64,000 nt of DNA from contig CALSME010000004.1 in assembly GCA_943787375.1 (NCBI GenBank), positions 88,016 to 152,015 of the forward strand, in the 5' to 3' direction. Below are positions 58,886 through 64,000 of this stretch, piece after piece. A program made the position numbers and the translations under genes. Within the stretch, counting starts at the first letter, position 1. Each line of letters opens with the position of its first letter. The notes under the pieces are model-generated. The model saw nothing but the letters and a program-made list of their open reading frames with translations, was not told the DNA's origin and did not search any database. The stretch comes from an uncultured Polaribacter sp. GTDB taxonomy: Bacteria; Bacteroidota; Bacteroidia; Flavobacteriales; Flavobacteriaceae.

Positions 58886-61800
58886 ATGTTACAAAAGAAA
58901 AATATAATCGCTATAATTTACTTTTTATTTTTAACAGTAACCTCTTATACTGTTAATGCACAAATTACAGGAAATACTATTGTAGCTCCAAACAGTATAG
59001 AAACGTATACCTACAGCAATGGTAATAGCAAAGTATTTTGGAGTGTTGCAGGGGGTGAAATAATTTCAAATAATTTAGGTTCTACAATAGAAATAAGATG
59101 GGGTAATGTTGGAAATGGAGAAGTTTCCGTTAGCTTTGGGTTTGGATTATCTGATACTATAAGTATTACCATAACTTCTGATATTCCACCCTCCACTCCA
59201 CCTACCCCAACTGTTGTTGCTGAAAGCCCTGATTGTTCAAGTGTTACTTTATCAAAATCAGGAGATATTCCAACTGGAGTTATGTGGTATTGGCAAGGAG
59301 CAAATGGTAATGGAACAAGTACTAGCTTACCTGCAACTAATAATTACGTGGTAAACCATTCTAGCAATTATTATATAAGAGCTAAAGACTTAAATACTGG
59401 TTTATGGAGTACTCAAGCCGCATGGATAAAAATAATTTTAGGAGCTAAAGATACTTGGTATTTAGATAGCGATAATGATGGTTATGGAGACCCAAATATA
59501 TCAATAGAAAAATGTATTCAGCCTCCAGGATATGTTAATAATGATAATGATTTATGTCCTGAAGTATATGGAGAATCAAATGGGTGCCCTTCATTTTCTG
59601 TAGATGAGTTAAGCAATGACAATTACATTTATACTATAACTCCCAAAAAAGGAGTAAACAATCTTTCTCAAATTAATCAAATTAATGATGCAACTCATGA
59701 AGTTGAATATTTTGACGGATTGGGTAGGTCAAAACAAAAAATAGCTATTATGCAAAGTAGTATCTACAAAGATATAGTTACTCATGTTGCTTATGATAAT
59801 TTAGGAAGGAAAGCTAAACAATTTTTACCTTATGTAGCATCAACAGAAAATGGATTGATAAAAAACAATGCTCATATAGCTACAAATGATTATTATATAG
59901 CTAATTATGCAACAGATATCAGTACTACTAATCCAAACCCTTATTCAGAAAAAAAGTACGACAACTCGCCACTCAACCGAGTACTCGAACAAGCCGCTCC
60001 CGGGAAAGACTGGAAAGTAGGCAACAACCACACAATAAAATTTGAATACGGCACCAACACCCACAACGAAGTTTTAAATTTTGGGGTTGGCGTTGAAAAT
60101 GGCAATACCGCCACACCAACACTGCAAATCGCCGAGAGCTATTATGCCGCAGGCAGCCTGTACAAAACCATTACCAAAGACGAAAACTGGCAGACTTGGA
60201 ACGGCAAAAACAAAACCACCGAAGAATACAAAAACAAACAAGGGCAGGTACTTTTAAAACGAACGTACAACCGTCGAGCACCACATGACACCCATTATGT
60301 GTACGATGATTTTGGCAATCTAAGCTATGTATTGCCCCCCTTGGTCAACGAACAAACCGCTTTTTATGAAACCGGCCTGACCACCTACCCGGCAAGTACC
60401 TTTGTAACAGGAGGCAATGCCACAGGAAGCGTTACACTTGGAATTGAACAAACCGCTCCCGGAACCTTTCGGTATGTAACCGATATTGATTTGCACAACC
60501 TGGCAAACAGTGAGTTTAAAACCGGTGAAATTATGGACCTCCCCAATGCGCCCGCTTCCATGAGTTCTACTTGGCTGGGCAGTGCCTCAGCTTGGAGCAA
60601 CACAAACGGATTCTATGCCTATAAATCGGTGACCTTCTATGCAAACATGGGCAAATTAATGTGCTATGCCTATACCTACAATCAGAACAACATTCCTTTA
60701 ACCCTTTCCGATTTTGAGAGGACCACCCACAGCGTCTTGCCACAAAACCTACAAGGCTTTACCGAAGCAGCAACCCAAGAAAAAGTAAATGAACTGCTAG
60801 AAGATCTCTGTTACCAATACAAATATGACCATCGAAACCGACTCATCGAAAAGAAAATACCCGGCAAAGGTTGGGAATCGATTGTCTATGACAATCTGGA
60901 CCGCCCCGTGCTTACACAAGATGCCAATTTAAAGGCACAAAACAAATGGCTGTTTACCAAATATGATATTTTAGGAAGAGTGGCCTATACGGGTATCTAT
61001 GCAAACGGAGCATCGAGAAGCACCCACCAAAATGCAATCAACACTTACACAGCAAACCAACCTACACGGTATTATGAAGACCGCAGCCCTGCCAATACCA
61101 ACAATGGCGTGCAGTTGAACTATAGCAACAAAGCCTATCCAAACAGTTCGCATCTTAGTATATTAACACTCAACTACTATGATAGCTATGCAGACCTGCC
61201 TGCAGGCTTTAGCCCACCCACCAGCGTGTACAACCAACCCGTAACCACCAATACCAAAACCTTACTAACAGTAAGCAAAGTGCGCGTTTTAGACACCAAT
61301 GATTGGATTACTACGCTTACCTATTACGATGAGAAAGCACGACCTATCTATGTGTATGCTAAAAATGACTACCTCCATACCATTGACATTATAGAAAGCA
61401 AATTGGACTTTACAGGCAAGGTTTTAGAAACAACCACCACCCATAAAAAAACAGGGAAACCAGCCCTTATTACAGTAGACAAATTGGACTACGACCATGC
61501 CGATCGCCTGCTTACCCATAAACAAACCATTAACAACCAAGACGAGGAGTTGCTTGCAAAAAACAGCTACGATGCACTGGGGCAATTAATTCAGAAAGAA
61601 GTAGGAGACACCGAGGCCTCTCCATTGCAAGACATCGACTATCGCTACAACATTCGAGGCTGGCTCAAAAAAATAAACGACCCCAAAACAGGGTTGGGCA
61701 GCAAGTTGTTTTCCATGCAGCTTTCTTACAACGACGATGGAAGGCGCTTGTACAATGGAAACATTTCAAAAACCGAATGGAAAACCGCCAGCGACAATAT

Positions 61801-63916
61801 CAAAAGAAGGTACAATTATTACTATGACGATTTAAACAGAATAACCTATGCCTCTTATTACTCTTGGAGCGAAAGTGCTCGTTTTAATTTGGGAAGCATT
61901 TCTTATGACAAAAACGGAAACCTACAGCGTTTGTACAGACGCGGAGCCATTGTAGACAATCCAGAAGTAAGAAACCCAAGCCACTATGGTACCATGGATT
62001 ATTTGAGCTATAACTACAAAGGCAATCAGCTAATTAAAGTAACCGACAATGGCAATGACAATTATGGTTTTAAAGACGGGACCAACACAGGAGATGATTA
62101 CGTGTACGATGCCAATGGGAATCTAACGAGTGATACAAACAAGGGAATTGCCTCCATTACCTACAACCATTTGAACTTACCCGAACGTGTAGACTTTGGC
62201 AATAACAAATACATTGATTATACCTACGATGCCTCGGGAGTAAAATTGCGGAAACGAGTACGCAACGGAAGCACTTTTACCAACACCGACTATGCAAGCA
62301 ATTATATCTATGAGAACAATGCCCTGCAATTTTTTAATACTGCAGAAGGTTATGCCACGCCCAACAGTTCTGGAAATTTTGATTATATTTACCAATACAA
62401 AGACCATTTGGGGAACGTGAGACTCTCTTATACAGAAAATACCGCCAACAGTCAGGAAACTATTTTTACAGATGGTTTTGAGAGTATGAGCAACTGGGAC
62501 AGAAGCGAAAACAGTTTTGGTTGGGCACTTTCTGCTATTGACAGCAGTAAAAAGAAAACGGGAACCTATTCGGGAAGAATTGATGATAATTACCCAAGCA
62601 ACTGGGAAAAATATGTATTTAGTGATACATGGACGCCCATAGAGAATACAGAAGACACCTATTATACCGTATCGGGTTGGGTTTTTGTAGAAGCTATAGC
62701 AAACAATGATGCGCAAATTTGGTTAATGACACGCAGGGCTGGAGAAAATGGTTATCCAACGGGAGCTTTTAATACCCTCTCCACAAAAAGAGGCAGTTGG
62801 GAATATTTAGAAAAAACAGTACTTGTTCCTGCCGATGTAAGAGAATTGAATGTACGTATAGACAATAATAGAGACGGTACTGTTTGGTTTGACGATGTGA
62901 AAATTGTAAAAGGAAATGCCGCCAGAACCGTTGTGGTAGCAGAAAGCAACTACTATCCCTTTGGACTTAAACACAAAGGATACAATAATACAATAACTTC
63001 CAACGGGAATAGTACCGCACAGAAGTTTGGTTATCAATCAAAAGAACTTCAAGAAGAACTTGGTTTAGATTGGATGGATTTTGGAGCTAGGAATTATGAT
63101 GCTGCAATAGGTAGGTGGATGAATATAGATCCATTAGCTGAAAAGTATGACCCATTAAGTCCATATAATGCAATGCTTAATAATCCAATTATTTCTATTG
63201 ATCCTGATGGTAGGGCTGCAATGTGGATTCCTGAAGTAAATTCAGAAACAGGGGAAACAAGTTATGTTGCTGAAGAAGGAGACAGTGCAGAATCACTTTC
63301 AAATCAATATGGAGTAAGTCAATCCAAAGCTGAAGCAATCACAGGAACAAAAGGAAGTGATAAAATTAAAGAAGGAACAACAATTTCAGGAAAGACTGTC
63401 GCTAAAAATAATAATGGTAATAATGTTTTAAGGTTAGATGTCGGAAATGAAAACACTACAGATGCTGATATGGTTCATCAAACTTTATTTGCTGTTAGAA
63501 ATGAAACTGTAAAAGACAAATTATCTGATACTCCTGATGGTAAAGGAAATTTGTATGATTACTTTAAGACAAGAGCAGATGGCAAACCATCATATGGTAG
63601 AGTATTTGGTATTGATGGAAAAAGTCGAGTAAATCTAACAATTCTTGGTGATATTAAATTAAACTTAAGTGTTAGTTTTGCTCTTTATGATGGTACTTTT
63701 AGTACCTCTTTAGCTGCTGACAGACAAGTGTCATTAGGCGGGGGTAAATATCAAAGAAATTTGGATTTCAACTATCCTTCTAATGGTAAGAAAGGTTTTG
63801 CAGGTTTGACAGGTCGAATTTTTACCCTTACTAGTAGATCTGGGAATAGAAATACTAATACGCTTAGAAACTATTTATCTGGGTCAGATAAAAAGGATAA
63901 GAGTTTCTATGATTAA
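58886..63916 (+). CDS. DUF6443-type RHS repeat-associated core protein with C-terminal toxin tip
   Basis: Signal peptide; YFDGLGR, SPLNRV, YNIRGWL, YKDHLGNVRLSY, YYPFGL, DFGARNYDAAIGRWMNIDPLAE...NNPIISIDPDG. Confidence 0.93.
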   Translation: MLQKKNIIAIIYFLFLTVTSYTVNAQITGNTIVAPNSIETYTYSNGNSKVFWSVAGGEIISNNLGSTIEIRWGNVGNGEVSVSFGFGLSDTISITITSDIPPSTPPTPTVVAESPDCSSVTLSKSGDIPTGVMWYWQGANGNGTSTSLPATNNYVVNHSSNYYIRAKDLNTGLWSTQAAWIKIILGAKDTWYLDSDNDGYGDPNISIEKCIQPPGYVNNDNDLCPEVYGESNGCPSFSVDELSNDNYIYTITPKKGVNNLSQINQINDATHEVEYFDGLGRSKQKIAIMQSSIYKDIVTHVAYDNLGRKAKQFLPYVASTENGLIKNNAHIATNDYYIANYATDISTTNPNPYSEKKYDNSPLNRVLEQAAPGKDWKVGNNHTIKFEYGTNTHNEVLNFGVGVENGNTATPTLQIAESYYAAGSLYKTITKDENWQTWNGKNKTTEEYKNKQGQVLLKRTYNRRAPHDTHYVYDDFGNLSYVLPPLVNEQTAFYETGLTTYPASTFVTGGNATGSVTLGIEQTAPGTFRYVTDIDLHNLANSEFKTGEIMDLPNAPASMSSTWLGSASAWSNTNGFYAYKSVTFYANMGKLMCYAYTYNQNNIPLTLSDFERTTHSVLPQNLQGFTEAATQEKVNELLEDLCYQYKYDHRNRLIEKKIPGKGWESIVYDNLDRPVLTQDANLKAQNKWLFTKYDILGRVAYTGIYANGASRSTHQNAINTYTANQPTRYYEDRSPANTNNGVQLNYSNKAYPNSSHLSILTLNYYDSYADLPAGFSPPTSVYNQPVTTNTKTLLTVSKVRVLDTNDWITTLTYYDEKARPIYVYAKNDYLHTIDIIESKLDFTGKVLETTTTHKKTGKPALITVDKLDYDHADRLLTHKQTINNQDEELLAKNSYDALGQLIQKEVGDTEASPLQDIDYRYNIRGWLKKINDPKTGLGSKLFSMQLSYNDDGRRLYNGNISKTEWKTASDNIKRRYNYYYDDLNRITYASYYSWSESARFNLGSISYDKNGNLQRLYRRGAIVDNPEVRNPSHYGTMDYLSYNYKGNQLIKVTDNGNDNYGFKDGTNTGDDYVYDANGNLTSDTNKGIASITYNHLNLPERVDFGNNKYIDYTYDASGVKLRKRVRNGSTFTNTDYASNYIYENNALQFFNTAEGYATPNSSGNFDYIYQYKDHLGNVRLSYTENTANSQETIFTDGFESMSNWDRSENSFGWALSAIDSSKKKTGTYSGRIDDNYPSNWEKYVFSDTWTPIENTEDTYYTVSGWVFVEAIANNDAQIWLMTRRAGENGYPTGAFNTLSTKRGSWEYLEKTVLVPADVRELNVRIDNNRDGTVWFDDVKIVKGNAARTVVVAESNYYPFGLKHKGYNNTITSNGNSTAQKFGYQSKELQEELGLDWMDFGARNYDAAIGRWMNIDPLAEKYDPLSPYNAMLNNPIISIDPDGRAAMWIPEVNSETGETSYVAEEGDSAESLSNQYGVSQSKAEAITGTKGSDKIKEGTTISGKTVAKNNNGNNVLRLDVGNENTTDADMVHQTLFAVRNETVKDKLSDTPDGKGNLYDYFKTRADGKPSYGRVFGIDGKSRVNLTILGDIKLNLSVSFALYDGTFSTSLAADRQVSLGGGKYQRNLDFNYPSNGKKGFAGLTGRIFTLTSRSGNRNTNTLRNYLSGSDKKDKSFYD

Positions 63917-63926
63917 AACTAATATC

Positions 63927-64000
63927 ATGATTAAAAAATTAATATTATTATTGGGATTATTATTGCTATTGAGTAGCTGTAAAGAAGATAAATCTTTAGG
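63927..64000 (+). CDS. Lipoprotein, candidate immunity protein (truncated by window end)
   Basis: MIKKLILLLGLLLLLSSCKEDKSL with lipobox LSSC, 10 nt after the RHS stop. Confidence 0.65.
   Translation, partial: MIKKLILLLGLLLLLSSCKEDKSL

Noticed and set aside
1-64000. CRISPR array, rRNA, IS element, prophage or retron/RT genes
   Set aside because: No regularly spaced repeats, transposase, integrase, phage or reverse-transcriptase motifs were seen by eye

Overview
A low-GC Bacteroidota chromosome segment, Flavobacteriaceae-like (inferred from gene content and TAnnTTTG promoters). Most of it is core genes: thiolase, acyl-CoA dehydrogenase, accA, tgt, rluF, aroC, trxB, udk, methylmalonyl-CoA mutase and three tRNAs. 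Two accessory systems stand out. (1) A 13.5-kb light/oxidative-stress cluster (36088-49586) between tRNA-Pro and tRNA-Thr. It encodes four different photolyase/cryptochrome-family proteins, one lacking canonical FAD-pocket residues, plus TspO, glutathione peroxidase, several micro-proteins and a possible COQ8/COQ9/COQ10-like lipid module. Two of its promoters share a 46-bp conserved element. (2) A Sec-exported two-subunit YD/RHS polymorphic-toxin locus (54627 to window end). Its RHS gene is a compositional mosaic with inserted domains, a LysM-bearing tip and a lipoprotein immunity candidate. The window also has an atypical tRNA-Ser(UGA), three pseudogenes, four complete small genes absent from the ORF track, an Arc-regulated SPFH operon and an alkB/LexA-like divergon. 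All family calls are from motif recognition by eye; no database searches were run.
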